DNA from: Scenedesmus sp. PABB004
Taxonomy: Eukaryota
Length of the DNA stretch: 64,000 bases
Direction of reading: 5' to 3'
Assembly (NCBI GenBank): GCA_014905635.1
Contig: JABVCE010000026.1
Location: forward strand, 434,001 to 498,000
Shown here one piece after another: positions 25,560-39,100 of this stretch. Below the pieces are notes generated by a model. It searched no databases, had not been told where the DNA came from, and saw only the letters and a program-made list of their open reading frames with translations. The first letter of the stretch is position 1. Every line of letters begins with the position of its first letter. The position numbers and the translations under genes are program-made.

Positions 25560-26222
25560 CCTGGCGAGGCTCCTGCGCTGGCGTGGGGGGCTGACGCGGT
25601 CGCGCGGTTGCCTGGGAGGGTGCACTGTGCCGAGAGCTCTGCTGTTTCGGCTGGCGGGCGCGCGCGGTGTTTCCCCTGCTGCTGCGAGCGCGGACACCCT
25701 ACCACGCGGTGTGTTCTTTTCTCTGCTGCGCTCGTTCGTTGCTTCACAGCTGCTGGGGGCGCGCCAGGGGCTCCCTGGAGCTTCTCATGTGCTCGCCGCG
25801 GCGCGCCGCGCTGCGGCGCGGCGCAGGAGGTCCCAAACGTCGGCGTGGACTGCCCCCAGCTCAGCCAGCCCAGGCGCGCAGCATCAGGCCAGGCACGCCT
25901 CGCCACCAACTCTGGGATCAGATCGGGACCAGCTGGGCGCGGCGGCAGCGGCGCTGGGCGACCGGTCTGCCGCACGGGCGCGGCAGCGGCAGCAGCGGCA
26001 GCAGCATTCATCGCGCAGGGCGGTGGGCGGCGTGCCAGCAGCAACCCCTGCTGCGCCGCGGGCTGTGGCCGCGCCGTGTCGCCGCCGCCCGCCGCACTTC
26101 TGAGAGTGACGCGGGGCCCGCCGCCGGGGCTTTGCGCCGCGGCGCTTCAGACCGCGCGGGGGACGCGCCGCCGCGCGCCCGCCGCAGCGCACACCGTCGG
26201 CCGGGACCGCGGCGCTGCGTGC

Positions 26223-28695
26223 ATGGCTCCCTGGGGGCAGCGACAGCGCAGCCAGCCCACGAGCTCCGGTGGCAGCGGCAGCGGCGGCGGCGACCCCCCG
26301 CCGCCCGCGCCGGGCGGGGGCGGGCCCGCCATGGCGCCCGGGGGCGGGCCCGAGGTGCTGGGGGACTCGCTGATCCCGGTCATCAACAAGCTGCAGGACA
26401 TCTTCAGCCAGGCGCGTCCACGACAGATGCGCGCCCCGTCCTCGCCACCCGCGCCCGGCCGCGGGCCCGCGCCCGCCGCAGCGTGACGGCGCCGGGTCGC
26501 CCGTGCTCCCGCGCCCGACCCGCGCGTGCCTGCGGCGGGGGCTGGGCCGCAGCAGCAGCGTTGGAGGCTCGGCCCTCCCCTCGCTCAGCGGGGGGCGCGT
26601 GGGGCGCGCTGCGCCTGCGTCAGCCGGGGCGCTGCGCGCAGGCAGCACCGCGAGCGGCTGCCGCGGCGGCCGCGGGGCGCGGCGCCGGCGCCCGGAGCTG
26701 CAGCGGCGGTTGCGCAACCGCTGCTGCCCCCCCCCCCCCCCGCGTCGCAGGTCACGGTGGAGCTCAAGCTGGGCCTGCCCCAGGTCGCGGTTGTGGGCAG
26801 CCAGAGCAGTGGCAAGAGCAGCGTGCTCGAGGCGCTGGTGCGGGCGCCGCAGCGGCCGTCGTCGCGCAGCGCCGGCGCCAGCGCGCCGCGCAGGCGCCAG
26901 CACGCCGCGCAGGCGCCTGCGGCCCACGCGCCGCCGCCGCCGCCGGCAGGTGGGCCGCGACTTCCTGCCGCGCGGACCGGAGATCTGTACGCGCCGCCCG
27001 CTCGTGCTGCAGCTCATCAAGACCCCGGCGGGCGGCGGCGGCGCGCCGGGCGGCGCCGCCGGCGGCGCGGGGCAGTGCGAGTGGGGCGAGTTCCTGCACG
27101 CGCCGGGCAAGATCTTCTACGACTTTGACCGCATCCGCGCCGAGGTGCGCGGGCCGCCGCTGCCGACGGGCGCGCCCGCTGCTGCACCGGCGGCGCGCCG
27201 CGCCGCGGGCCACTCTCACGACTCTCACGCTCCCGGCCGCGCCCGCGCCTGCGCGCGCGCCCTGCAGATCCAGCACGAGACGGAGCGCGTGAGCGGTGGG
27301 AACAAGAACATCAGCGACAAGCCCATCCGGCTCAAGATCTTCTCGCCACACGTGCTGTGAGCCCGTGCCGCCGCGCCTGGGGCGGCGGCGCTCGCCGCGC
27401 TGCGTCTCCCTCTCTCTCTGCCCCACTCTCCCTTCCTTCCTCCCTCTCTCGCCCTCTCTCTCAACACACGCACACTCTCCCTCTCTTTCTCACTCTCTCA
27501 CACACACACACGCACTCTTTCACACATGCACACTCACACACACTCAACCACTTGCAGGACCATGACGCTCATCGACCTGCCAGGCATCACCAAGGTCCCC
27601 GTGGGCGACCAGCCGAGCAACATCGAGCAGCGCGTGCGCGAGATGGTGCTGCAGGTGCGCGCGCCGCGCCGCGCGCGCGGCACGTCGCCGGCGGCGCGAG
27701 CGCGAGGGCGGGGCGGCGCGGCAGCGTCGCCCCGCCTGCCGGTGGCTGCGCCGCGCCGCCGACGCGGCCGCCGCCCGTCCATCTCGCAGTACATCCGCGA
27801 GCCGTCGTGCATCATCCTCGCCGTGTCCGCCGCCAACACCGACCTCGCCAACAGCGACGCGCTGCAGATGGCGCAGCTCGTCGACGCCGAGGGCGCGCGC
27901 ACGATCGGTGCGCGCCGCGCCCCGCCGCGCTGCGCGCCGCGTCGCGCGCTGCGGCGTGCGCTGCGGCGCCGGGGCCGCGGCCGCGCCGGGCCCCGGCCGC
28001 GCCGACTGACTCGCGCGCCTCCGCGTCCGCCCCCGCGTCCGCCGCCGGCGGCGCCAGGCGTGCTGACCAAGCTGGACATCATGGACCGCGGCACCAGCGC
28101 GGCGCCGGCGCTGCGCAACCAGGTCGTCCCGCTGCGCCTCGGCTACACAGGCATTGTTAACCGCAGCCAGGCAGACATCAACGCCAACAAGAGCATGGCC
28201 GACGCGCGCAGGTGGGCGCGCCACGACGGCTGCGTCGCGCGCTCTGCCCGCGCGCGCCGCAACACCGCCGCGCGCCGTAAACCGCCGCCGCCGCCTCTGC
28301 ATCTGCCCCTGCAGCGCCGAGGCGGCGTGGTTTGACGCGCACTCGGAGTACGCAGAGGTGGCGGGGCAGTGCGGCGTGGGCAACCTGGCGCGGCGCATCA
28401 ACGTCATCCTCGGCAACCACATCCGCGTTATGCTGCCCACGCTGCGGCGCCAGGCGCGGCAGCCGCGGCGCGGCTCTGCCGCGGCGGCGGCGGCGGCGGC
28501 GGCGGCGGGCCTGCCTGCGCGCCGCGGGCGCCGAGTCGCGCGCGCCGCGCCGCGCGGGTGCAGATCTCCGAGGCGCTCGAGGCCAAGGCGGCGGAGCTCC
28601 GCGGCTACGGTCAGGCGCTGGACCTCGAGTCAGAGTCGGCGCGGTGAGGGCGGCGCCCGCGCCGCGCCGCGCCGCACCGGGCCCTGGCGTGCCCA

Positions 28696-28749
<54 letters not shown>

Positions 28750-31402
28750 CTCAGCGCCCGCGCCCGCGCGCCGCCGCCGCCGCGCGTGGCAGGGGCGCGG
28801 CGCTGCTGCAGATGCTGTGCGGCTACGCGGAGCGCTTCGGCGCGCTGCTGCAGGGGCACAGCGAGGACATGCCGCTCAGCGAGCTCATGGGCGGCGCGCG
28901 CATACGCCACATCTTCCAGGAGGTCTTTGGCCGCCAGCTGCGCACGCTGGACCCGTTTCGGGAGCTCGGCGACGAGGACGTGCGCACGGCGATCAAGAAC
29001 AGCAGCGGCGTGGCGGGTGCGCGGCGCGTGTGCTGCGCACCGGCGTCGCGTGGGCCGCGCGCCGCGTGGGCGCCGGGCCTCACGCCGCACGCCGCGCGCC
29101 GCCGCCGCGCCGCCAGGCACGCTGCTCATCCCGCAGGAGCCGTTTGAGCTGCTGGTGCGGCGCTCGATCGGGCGCCTCATGTCGCCGGCGCTCGCCTGCA
29201 AGGTGCGCGCCGCGCCGCGCCGCGCCGCGGCCCCGCCTGGCGCGTCGACGCCCCCTGCGCCGCCGCCGCCGCCGCCGCCGCCGTGCGACGCGCTCGCTCG
29301 CGCGCGGCGCGCAGCGCGCCGACCCGGCCCCCCTCTGACCCCGCCCCGGCCGCGGCCCGCGGCGCAGGAGCTGGTGCACGAGGAGCTGCTGAAGATCGCC
29401 GAGGCCGCCGCGCCGCGCGACCTGGGGCGCTTCCCTGCGCTGCGGCGCCGCCTCGCCGCCGCGGTGCTGGAGTACATCCAGGCGCGGGCGCCGGGGGCCC
29501 TGGCGGCGGGCGCAGGCGCTGACCCTGGCAGGGGCGCCGGCGCCGGCGCGGCGCCGACCGGGCTGCCGCCGCAGCCGACGCGCCCGCCGCCGCGCCCGCC
29601 GCCGCCGACGCGCCCGCCGTTGGCGCCGCAGGCCGGCGCGGAGCCGGCTGAGAAGATGATCCGCGAGCTGGTCGCGTGCGAGCACGACTACATCAACACA
29701 GACCACCCGGACTTCCTCGGCGGCACGCGCGCGGTCAAGGTGCGCGCGGCGAGGCGGCATGGCGGCGGGGCGGCGGGGCGGGGTGGCAAAGCGCACCCGG
29801 CCGCCCCGCCCCCGCCGCGGCCGCAGGCGGTCATGGAGGCGCGCGAGGCGCGCAAGGCGGCGGCGGCGGACGGCAGCTTCGACGTGCGGCCGGTGCGTCG
29901 CCGCTGCGCGCCCGCCCGCACGAGCAGCCCTCGCGGCCTGCCCGATGCCCCCGCCGCGCGCGTGACGCCGCCGCCGCCGCGTGCCCGACTCCTCTACTCA
30001 GGACCTCCACAAGGCCAAGTCTGCGGGCAACATTCTTCTCGCGGCGGGCAGCAGCAGCGGCAGCGGCGGCGGCGGGAGCGGCCCCGGCGGCGTGGGGCTG
30101 TCGGGCCTCGCGGCGCCCGCGGGGCTCAAGGGCCTGCGCGACGGCAGCAGCCTGATGGGCGGCAGCGAAGACCTGCTCGCGGGGTGAGCGCCGCGGCGGC
30201 GGCCGCGCGCGGGCGCGGGTCCCGGCGCCGCGCGCCCGCGCCCGCCGCGACCGCCGCCTGCCGCTGCCGCTCACGTCGCCGCCGCCCGCCGCCGCCGCCC
30301 GCGCCCCGCCAGGCGCAGCCGCGCCGTCGCGCCGCTGCCGCCGCGGAGCGGCAGCGCGCTCGCGGTGGACGGCGAGGAGCTGCTGGCGCTGGGCAGCAGC
30401 TACAGCCTCAGCGCCGCGACGACGCCGTCGGGCAAGGAGGGCGGCAGCTGGTTCGGCTGGCTCACCAAGTCGGACAGCAGCCGCGAGCGCGGCGGCGAGC
30501 GCGGCGCGGGGAGCCTCGCCGACATGGCGGCGCGCGCGCCCGACAGCAAGCCCCGCAACGAGCATGAGGAGGTGCAGGTGCGGGCGCGGCCTGCGTGCGC
30601 GGCATGGCCCCCCGCCGCGCACGCACGCCAGCGCGCGGCGCGCGCCGTCGCCGGCCGCCGCCTGCGCCGACGGCCGCGGCCGCCAGGTCGAGGTCATCCG
30701 GCTGCTGGTGTGCAACTACTTTGAGATTGTGCGCAGCAACCTGGCCGACCTGGTGCCCAAGGCGCTCATGCGCTTCCTGGTGCACCACAGCCAGCGCGGC
30801 CTGCAGCAGCACCTCATAAAGACGCTCTACAGGTGCCGCGCGGGCAGCGGGGCGGGGCGCGCGGGGCGGGCGGGCGGGCGGGCGGAGCGCGGAGTGCGCG
30901 AGGCGCGGCGTCGGGGCGAGGCTGAGCCCTGGGGCCTCGGCGCGCAAACCCTAAAAACCTAAACCCCGCTGCGCAGGGACTCGCTGGCCGGCGAGCTGCT
31001 GGCGGAGCGCGAGGACGTGGCCACGGCGCGCGCGCGCGCCACCGCCGCGGTCGAGGCGCTCCAGGCGGCGCACGCGACGCTGGACGAGGTGCCGAGCGAG
31101 CTCGCCGCCACGATCGCGACCGCCGCGGCGCCGCGCGGCGGTGAGCCCCGCGCGACGGCGGCGGCGCGCTCGTGCCGGGCAGCGCGTTTGGCGGCGCGTT
31201 CGACGGCGACGGAGCGCCGCCGCGCCGGCCCGCGTTTGGCGAGGCCGGGCGGCACCCGTCGATGCACATCGCGGCGCAGATCGCTACCGCGAGCGCCGTC
31301 GTGCTGCCGCCCATCGCGGAGCGCGGCGACGGCGGCGGCGGCGACGCGGGCGTGAGCGTGGCGACGCTCGCTGGCCTCGTGTCCATCAACGGCACCGCGT
31401 GA
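26223..31402 (+). CDS. DRP3: Dynamin-related GTPase, DRP3/Dnm1 type (organelle fission), multi-exon; start at 26223 or 26331
   Basis: LIPVINKLQDIF, LPQVAVVGSQSSGKSSVLE, DFLPRG..CTRRPL, DLPGITKVPVGDQP, TKLD, YINTDHPDF, GED region YFEIVR..DLVPKALMRFLV. Confidence 0.93.
27405..27548 (+). repeat. Imperfect (CT)n/(CA)n microsatellite within a DRP3 intron
   Basis: Visible ctctctct/cacacaca tracts, much lower in G than the flanks. Confidence 0.85.
30946..30967 (+). repeat. Short interstitial telomere-like (CCCTAAA) motif in a DRP3 intron
   Basis: aaaccctaaaaacctaaacccc just before the 3' splice site. Confidence 0.6.
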
Positions 31403-31692
31403 CTCACCACCTCGGTGGTCACGCTTGTGACGAGCGCGCCCGCAGCGACGCCAGTCCGCATGTCTCCCGCCGCCGCCCCCGCACCAGCACCCGCGACCAG
31501 TGCGCCTCGGCCGGCTATCGGGGCTCTCGCCGCCGCCGCGCCAACAGCAACAGCAGCGGCGGCTCGCACCCAGTTCGCCGCGCTCCGTGCGCCTGCAGCC
31601 TGGCGCTTCCATGATGCCTGTGCGCGACATGCCAGCATCTGCGGCACTCGGGCGCCCCGGCTGAGGGCGGTCCTGTGTGTGTGTGCTTGGCC

Positions 31693-34065
31693 ATGGCGGT
31701 GCCGCCGCCGCATGGCCTCGACCTGGGGGGCCTGCTGCCGCTGCAGGGCGGCTCGGATGCCGAGTACATCACCGCCGCGGCGCTGCTGCACGCTCTGCGC
31801 CGGGGGCAGCAGCAGCAGCAGCAGCAGCCGCTGTCGCCGAGCCTGTCGCCGAGCCTGTCGGCCGCCGCGGCGCCCAGCGACCTGTCCCAGCTGGCGGCGC
31901 TGATCGTCCAGGCCGCGACGCGGGGCCCCGCCGGCGCCGACGCCGCGGCGGCGCGCAGCTACGCGGCGCGGCAGCTCGAGCTGCAGCGGGCGCACGCGGC
32001 CGCCGAGGCGCCGCACGCGCTGGCAGTGCAGCAGCAGCTGCGCCTCCTGCAGGTGGCGCCGCAGCCTGCGCACAGCGCCGCGGCGCTGCCGGCGTACGTG
32101 GCGCCGCCGAAGCTGGAGGACGGCCCCGAGCGGCTCGCCGCGGCGCCGGCGCCGGCGGCCGCGGCCAAGGCGACCAAGAAGCGGGGGCGGCCCGCCGCGT
32201 CGGCCAACAAGGTGCACCCAAACCTCATCTACGTGCGGCGCCACAGGGAGCGCCAGAAGCAGATGGTGCGCGCGCCGGCGCGGCGGCGGGCGCGGCGGGC
32301 GCGGCCAGGGGCGGCCGGCGCCGGGCGTGTGCCTGCGCGCCCCCTGCCCCTGCCCCTGCCCACGCCCCCGCGCCGCGCCGCGCTCGCCGCCGGCGCGCGC
32401 AGGAGAGCAACCTTGAGGCCACGGTGGCGGCGCGCAAGCTGCAGGTGGAGCAGCTGCAAGCCGAGCAGCGCAGCCTGTGCGAGAAGTGGGAGGCGCTGGA
32501 GCAGGTCGGCCGCCGCCGCCGACGCGGGGGCAGGCGCCCTCGGCTCGGCGCGGCGCGGCTGTCGCTCACCGGTGCGGCCGCTGACGGGCGCCGCCGCCGC
32601 TGCGCAGGTGCTGCACGTGCAGAGCAACGTCCTCGGCATAATGCAGCAGCTCAGCCTGGCCGGCGGCGACGGCGCCGCCGACGGCGCGCTCGGAGACGGC
32701 TACGGCGACAGCGGCGCCAGCTCGCAGAGCTGCGCGCCGCAGGGCGCGGCCGCGGCGGCCGGCGACGTGCACATGGCCGACGCCGCGCAGCCAGGGCGCG
32801 ACGCCGCGCAGCGGGCGGCGCCGTCGGCCAGCGGCGGCGCGCCGGAGCCGCCGGCCTCACCCGCGCACTCGCGCGCCTCGGCCAGCCCCAGCCCCCTGCC
32901 GGCGGCCGCGGCGGAGGTCGTCGCCGCGGCGCTGCGCGCGCCGACGCCGGCGCGCGACGCGCCGGGCGACCCCGCGGCGCTGCAGCAGCAGGCGCGGCAC
33001 TGGCTGGAGCCGGTGCGGCTTTACACGCTGCGTGCCGCGCTCATGCTGGAGGCCCTGGGAATGCTGCCGGACAACGCCGCCGCGGCACGCGCGCTCGCGG
33101 CGGCGCGGCGCTGCTCCGCCGTCGCGGCCGGCGCCGCGGCGGCGCGCTCGCCGCAGGCGACCGCCGCGGCGGTCGAGGCGGCCATCGCCGCCGCGGCGGC
33201 CGAGGCGCGCCCCGCCGCCGCGGCGGCGGCGGCCGCGGGCGTGGCCGCCGCAGTGCGCTCGGCCTGGGACGGCAGCGCCGCCGGCCCGGGTGAGGGCGGG
33301 CGGGGCGAGGAGGTGGTGGACGGCGTGCCGCTCGTGCGCTACCCCTACACGATTGGCATGTACGTCATAACGCCCGAGGCGGTCAAGAATGTGTGCTGGC
33401 CGCTCAACATGGAGACGTGGGCGGTCGACGCCGGCAACGACCAGGCGCACGTCGAGCGCGCCGGCCGCGCGATGTGGGCGGTGCTGCGCCCCGAGCGCTG
33501 GCGGCTGCTGCATGCGACGTGGAGCACGATGGCCGTGCAGCTGCAGCAGGTACAGCAGGACTTCAGGCGCCTGCACGACCTGCTGCGGGGCATCGGCACG
33601 CGCCGCCGCCCCGCCGCGTCGGGCGACGGCGCGGCGGACGCGGGCGGCGCGGGCGCTGACGTGGCGGACGCGCGGCCGCACGGCGTGTGCCTGGACGGCT
33701 TCGCCACGATGGAGGACTCCACCGCCTACGAGTACGCGGCCGCCGCGGTGCAGGTGCGGCGGACCGCCTCGGCCGCCACGCGCCACGCAGACGCCGCCGC
33801 GCGTCGGCGTTGGCGCGCGCGCTCACTGCGCGCCGTGCCGCGCGGCCGCCCCGCCGCGCCGCGGCAGGTTGAGAGCGTGCTCGCGCGCGAGGACGCGATC
33901 AGCTTCCAGCTGTGCGGCGCCTTCCTGGAGCTGCTGGACCCGCTGGAGATCGCTGTCGGCTTCGTCTCCAGCTGGCCGTTCCACCCGCAGGCGTTCACGC
34001 TGTTCGACGTGATCTTCAAGCTGGGCGAGCCGCCCGAGAGCGCCTGCCAGCCGGGGCAGGCGTGA
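31693..34065 (+). CDS. bZIP-like transcription factor with an AT-hook-like motif and a C-terminal helical domain, about 4 exons
   Basis: KKRGRP; N-x7-R basic region NLIYVRRHRERQK spliced to heptads LEATVAARKLQVEQLQAEQRSLCEKWEALEQ|VL; polyQ tract. Confidence 0.65.
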   Translation: MAVPPPHGLDLGGLLPLQGGSDAEYITAAALLHALRRGQQQQQQQPLSPSLSPSLSAAAAPSDLSQLAALIVQAATRGPAGADAAAARSYAARQLELQRAHAAAEAPHALAVQQQLRLLQVAPQPAHSAAALPAYVAPPKLEDGPERLAAAPAPAAAAKATKKRGRPAASANKVHPNLIYVRRHRERQKQMVRAPARRRARRARPGAAGAGRVPARPLPLPLPTPPRRAALAAGARRRATLRPRWRRASCRWSSCKPSSAACARSGRRWSRSAAAADAGAGALGSARRGCRSPVRPLTGAAAAAQVLHVQSNVLGIMQQLSLAGGDGAADGALGDGYGDSGASSQSCAPQGAAAAAGDVHMADAAQPGRDAAQRAAPSASGGAPEPPASPAHSRASASPSPLPAAAAEVVAAALRAPTPARDAPGDPAALQQQARHWLEPVRLYTLRAALMLEALGMLPDNAAAARALAAARRCSAVAAGAAAARSPQATAAAVEAAIAAAAAEARPAAAAAAAAGVAAAVRSAWDGSAAGPGEGGRGEEVVDGVPLVRYPYTIGMYVITPEAVKNVCWPLNMETWAVDAGNDQAHVERAGRAMWAVLRPERWRLLHATWSTMAVQLQQVQQDFRRLHDLLRGIGTRRRPAASGDGAADAGGAGADVADARPHGVCLDGFATMEDSTAYEYAAAAVQVRRTASAATRHADAAARRRWRARSLRAVPRGRPAAPRQVESVLAREDAISFQLCGAFLELLDPLEIAVGFVSSWPFHPQAFTLFDVIFKLGEPPESACQPGQA

Positions 34066-34524
34066 GCCCGTGGCCCGGCAGTCGCCGCCGCCGGCGGGCA
34101 GCGCTGGGAGCGGGAGACTACGACTGCATTTGACGCACCGCGTTGTATGCGGCGGCCTGACATTCGTTCCTTTCGCTGAGCCTTTCATGGCTGCATTGTG
34201 CTCGCGCTTGTCCTGGCGCCCGAGGCGCCTGCCGCCCCAAGCTGGCGAACACGGACAAGCTGGCAAACCACCAGGTGGAGGTCCTGGGCGGCACTGGATC
34301 GTGTCTCAGTCTCGGCTCTCAAACAGCCATGCAAGCAGGGTGACGGGGTCAAGATGGCGCGCGCGGACTGCGCTGTGTGCGACGGTCGTGCGGCGAGGGG
34401 TCGCGCGCGCGGGCGGGCGGTCTGCGCCGGGTGTGCCGCTGCTGCGCGGACAGCCCGGGAGGCTTCGCGCACGGGCCAACTGCGTGCTTTTAACGCCCCG
34501 ACCGCAACTCGCAAGCCCCACGCC

Positions 34525-36063
34525 TCACGCCGCCGCCAGCTGCACCGGCCGCCCCTGCTCGTCGGCCAACGCCCAGGCGGCGCCGCCAGCGCCGTCCGGC
34601 AGGAAGCCCGGCGGCACCTGCGGCGGGCGGCGCGGCGGAGTGGACGGCGGCTGCGCGACGCAGAGGCCGCGCGGCCCCGGGCAGCCGGCGGCCTCACCAG
34701 CAGCACGAGCGCTGCCTCGCCGGCCTTGGGGCTGGCGGCGCGCGCGCGGAACGCGCGCACGTCGGGGCTGAGGTGCAGCGTCCCGCCCGGCGGCAGCACC
34801 GTGCCTGTGCGCGGGCGGACGGGCGGGCGGGCGGCGTGCGGGCGCGGTGCGGCGCGCCGCACTGCTGCCAGCCGGCACCTGCTGCCATTGGCAGCGCGCC
34901 GCTGGCCTGGCGCACCCGGCGGCAGCGTCCAGGACGGCCCGCCCAGCCGGCGCAGCGACCAGCGGCTCATGTCCAGGGCCCGCCCCGGCGGGCCGCAGTG
35001 CACCAGAGCCATGAACGCCGCGCCTGGCGGGCTGGCCGCCAGCTCCGCCGGCCCGAGCGCGAGCGCCGCCGCGGCGGCGTCCGCGGGGCCCGGCAGCAGC
35101 GGGCGCGCGCCGCCGGGCGCGTAGGTCTGCGCGCGGCGGCGGTGCGCGCGCGCCCGGCACGGGCGGCCTCGGCGGCGAGCTCGGGTCGCGAGCCTGCTGC
35201 GCGGCTGCAGGGGGGTCGCGGCCGCGGCGGCCACACGCACCTGCAGCAGCTGCTTGGTCCGGATGGGGATGAACTCCGTCACCAGCTGCGCGTAGCCGCG
35301 GCTGCCGTCGCCGCGGCCCCACAGCGCGTTGTCCGCGGCCGCCGCGGCCTCGATGCGTGCGCGCGTCGCGTCGATGATCTGCGCCGGCGCGACGGCGGCG
35401 GCGGTGGCGGCGGCGGCGGTGCGTCTGCTGTGGCCCATGGGTCCGGTCGAGCCCGCGCACGGGCCCCGCCGCGCGCGCCCGCGCGGGCGCCGCGCCTCGC
35501 GCAGGCGGCCGCCGGCGAGGTAGTGGTCGGCAAGGGTGCGCAGGCGGGCCATGACCATCGCGCGCGTGGCGGGCACGTCCAGCAGCGCGTCAGTGAGGTG
35601 GTTGTACGTCCCCGCCGCGCCGATCACGCTGCGCGTGCTGTAGTCGACGCGGTCCGGGTCGTCCCAGCCGCGCGGCTGCGGGAACACGAGCTGCGCGGCG
35701 CGCGGCGGCAGGCACGCGCGGCGGGCGCGTCGCGCCCTGGCCGGCAGCGTCGAGGGGTGGCGCGCGCGTGCTGGGGCCGCGACGGCGCTCACCGGCTGGC
35801 TGCCCTCGGCCGGCAGCGGCGCGGGCGCCGCCTGCTGCGCGAGGCGGCGCCGCCCGGTGCTGCCCGGCGCCGCGGCGCCCTGGTAGGGATTGCCGCCGAC
35901 CGCAGTGATGGTGCCCCAGGGCGTCTGGACGTTGCCAATGTCCTGCGCGGCGGGCGGGCGGGCGCGCCGTGTGTGACGCGGTGCGGCCCGCAGTGTAGGC
36001 CGCGGTGTGGGCCGCGCGCACGCGCCGCGCCTGGGGGTGCTCGCTGTCGCAGTAGAGGGGGCT

Positions 36064-36106
<43 letters not shown>

Positions 36107-39100
36107 GTGAGCCCGCGCTTTCTGCTGCACGACAGGCTGCGCAGGGCGCGGCGCGTTGAGCGCTAGCAGCACCTGCTCCACTGCTCGCACGCAAGGATGC
36201 AGTACAGGTTCCCCGGCGCGCCGCCGAGCGCGTTGTCCTGGCCCATGGACGCCTCGACGTCCCACGCGATGCTGCGCCGCGGGGGCGCGCGGGGCCGGTG
36301 CGGGCCGGTGCGGGCCGCGCGGCGGCGGCAGCTGGGCGCGCGCGGCGCGCGCCGCCGTGCGGCACGTTCAGCGCGGCCGCTCACCGAGCCCACTGCTGCG
36401 TGCCGGGGTTGAAGTACATGTAGAAGTTCTTGGTGCACCTGTAGGAAGGCAGAGGCAGGGGCGGGGCGCGTCGGCGCCGCGCCCGCGGCCGCGGCGAGCG
36501 AGCTGCGCCGGTGCACGCGCGCGCGCGCGCGCGCGCGCCCGTCGGCTGCCCGCGCGCCCCGCGGCGCCGCGCCTGTCCATGTTGTTCAGCAGCACCTGCA
36601 CCGCCGCCTCGTTGACCACGGCCGGCAGGTCCAGCGCGTCAAAGAGGAGCGACGAGCTGCGCGTGCCCACCCGGCGGCGCGGCGCAGGCGGCGGCGGTGG
36701 GGCGCGGCGCGCGGCGGCCGCGGCGGCGGCATCCGAGGCCGCCATCGGCCGAGCCGGCGGCTGGATGCGCGGCGCGCGGCGCTGCCCGCGCACCGCGTGC
36801 CGGGGCCGCCGCCGGCGAGGCCGCGCGTGAGGTTGGCCAGCAGCTGCCAGTCGGACGCGTCGCCGCGCCGGTTGCGCTTGCCCCAATAGTTGGGCATCTC
36901 GTCCAGGGGCAGGTCCCAGCGCAGGTTGGACAGCTGGCGGCGGGCAGGGGTGGGGAGTCGTGCGTGCAGCGGCGAGCCCGGCGAGCCCGGCGGCGGAAAG
37001 CCACGCGTGCGAGCCGCCCGCCGGCGCGTCCCCAGGCATGACCCTGCCGCGCGCGCGCCGCACCTCGCCGCTCAGGGACTTGAAGAGCGGCCCAGACCCC
37101 GGCAGGCTGAAGCGCTGCAGCAGGCCGGCGTCGACCTGCGCGCCCGCGCCGGCGCGGCGGCGCCGCGCGCGCCGGCCTCGGCCGCGGTGTGCGACATCTC
37201 GCTCCTGCGCCCCTAGGGCAGGCCTGCAGTGCACCGCGCCCCGCTGCAGCTGGCCCCGCGCCTGCTCGACCATGCCAAACAGGCCGTGGAAGGCGCCGTT
37301 GAGGTAGACGGCGACGTGGAAGCTCAGCGGCGCGAGCACGCCCTGCTCCGCCATCACCTGCGCCGCGACGGCGGCGGCGGCGCCGGCGCCGTCGGCGGCG
37401 GCATGAGGAGGACAGCGGCGGCAGGGCGCGCCGCTGCCGCTGCCGCTGCCGCTGCCACGCGGCGCTGGCCGTGGGTGCGCCGTGCACCGCACTGCACACT
37501 CAGCGCCCAGCGTGCACAGCACACTCAGCGCGCAGCGCGCACGGCGCGCCCAGCGCGCCTGGTATGCGACCACCTCCTTCATCATGCTGTTCTCCCCCAG
37601 CTCCGCATAGTAGCTGTTCAGCTTCAGCTCCCCCACCTTGGGCACGCCGGGCAGCAGCCTGCGCATGGGCGGCGGCGAAAGCGTGCGGCGGTGTGCGCGC
37701 GTGAGAGTGCGTCAGCGCGCGCGTGCGTTGCGCCTGGCGCCCAAACGCGTGCGCGGCGTCGTGCCTGAAGCCGCCCGGCACTTTGAAGCTCATTTTCGGC
37801 TTTATCCAACTCAGCGACGTCACGCCGCGCCGCGACGCCTCTGCGCGTGCGCGGCGCGGCGCGGCGCGGCGCGGCGCGGCGCGCGGATCGCGCGCGGGGC
37901 GGGTCATATGGCTGCCCGCGCCTTTCGCCCGCCGCGCCGCCGCCGCTCCATCCCACCGACGCCGTCGTAGAAGGTGCCGTTGAAGGAGAGGCAAGCAGGC
38001 GCGCCGCCCTTGGTCTGCGCGGCGACGGGGTCCTCCGAAAACCTGCGCGCGCGGGTGCGGCGCCGCCGGCGCGGCCGCGGCTCTCGCGCGCGCAGCGGCG
38101 CGCGGGTCTGCGCACGCCGCGGGGCCCCACGCGCGCACCAGTACAGCACTGGGATGGGGCTGGCCGCCTCGGCCGGCAGCGGCACGACGGCGCCCGTGTA
38201 GCCGTCACCGAGCGGCTCGCGGCTCTTGGCGCCGTCGGCGTCGGCTGCCTGCGCGGGCGCGGCGGGGCCGGCCGCTGGCGCGCGCGCTGGCCGCTGGCGC
38301 GCACGCTGGCCGCCGGCGCGCACGCTGCCCGCCGGCGCGGCGGCGCGACGCGCTCACCTCCACGGACCAGCGCACCATGTCGCCTGCCTTGAAGGCCGAG
38401 GCGGGGATGGAACCCACCAACGTGACGCGGCCCGAGGCGTCTGGCGCGTGTGCACGCGCCAGCGCCGGCGCGTGAGCGGCGGCGCCGCGGCGCCGCCGGC
38501 GGCCGCCTGCCGCCCCGCCCCCAGGCCCGCGCGCCGCGGCGGCCCGACCCGCGCGGCCCCGGGGCAGGCGGCGCGCGCGCGCGGCGCGCGCGCGCACCCG
38601 GCGGCCCCTCGGGCGCCATGTCCAGCCGCGCCTCAGGGCCAAAGTTGACTCGGTACACCAGCGCCGCGCCGCTGACCGCCGCGCGGTTGGGGCCGACCTC
38701 GGCCGCGACGCCGATCGGCCGCCCCGGCGCGGCGGGGCCGTCGGGGCAGCGCTCGAGGCTGCGGCAGCGGCGGCGGCGGCGCGCGGCTGTGACCGGCCGC
38801 ACGCGGCTGGGCGCGCGCGCGCGCAGGGAGCCCGCCGCCTGTCGAGCCTGTGAGCGCCAGTGCACTGCTCACTGGCGCGCACAGGCACCTGTGGACGAAC
38901 GGACCGGCCCCCGGCAGAGGGCCCGCGTTGGGCAGCCAGGGCGTGGGGGAGGCCAGGAACGTGTAGTTTGGCGCGCCGGCGGCGGCGGGCGGCGGGCCGG
39001 CTGGCAGGCCGAACGCGACGCCGGGGCGCTGCCTGCGCGGGCGCACGCCGGCGGGGCGTGAGGGCAGCAGCCGGCGCGGGCACGCGCGCGCGGCGTGCGC

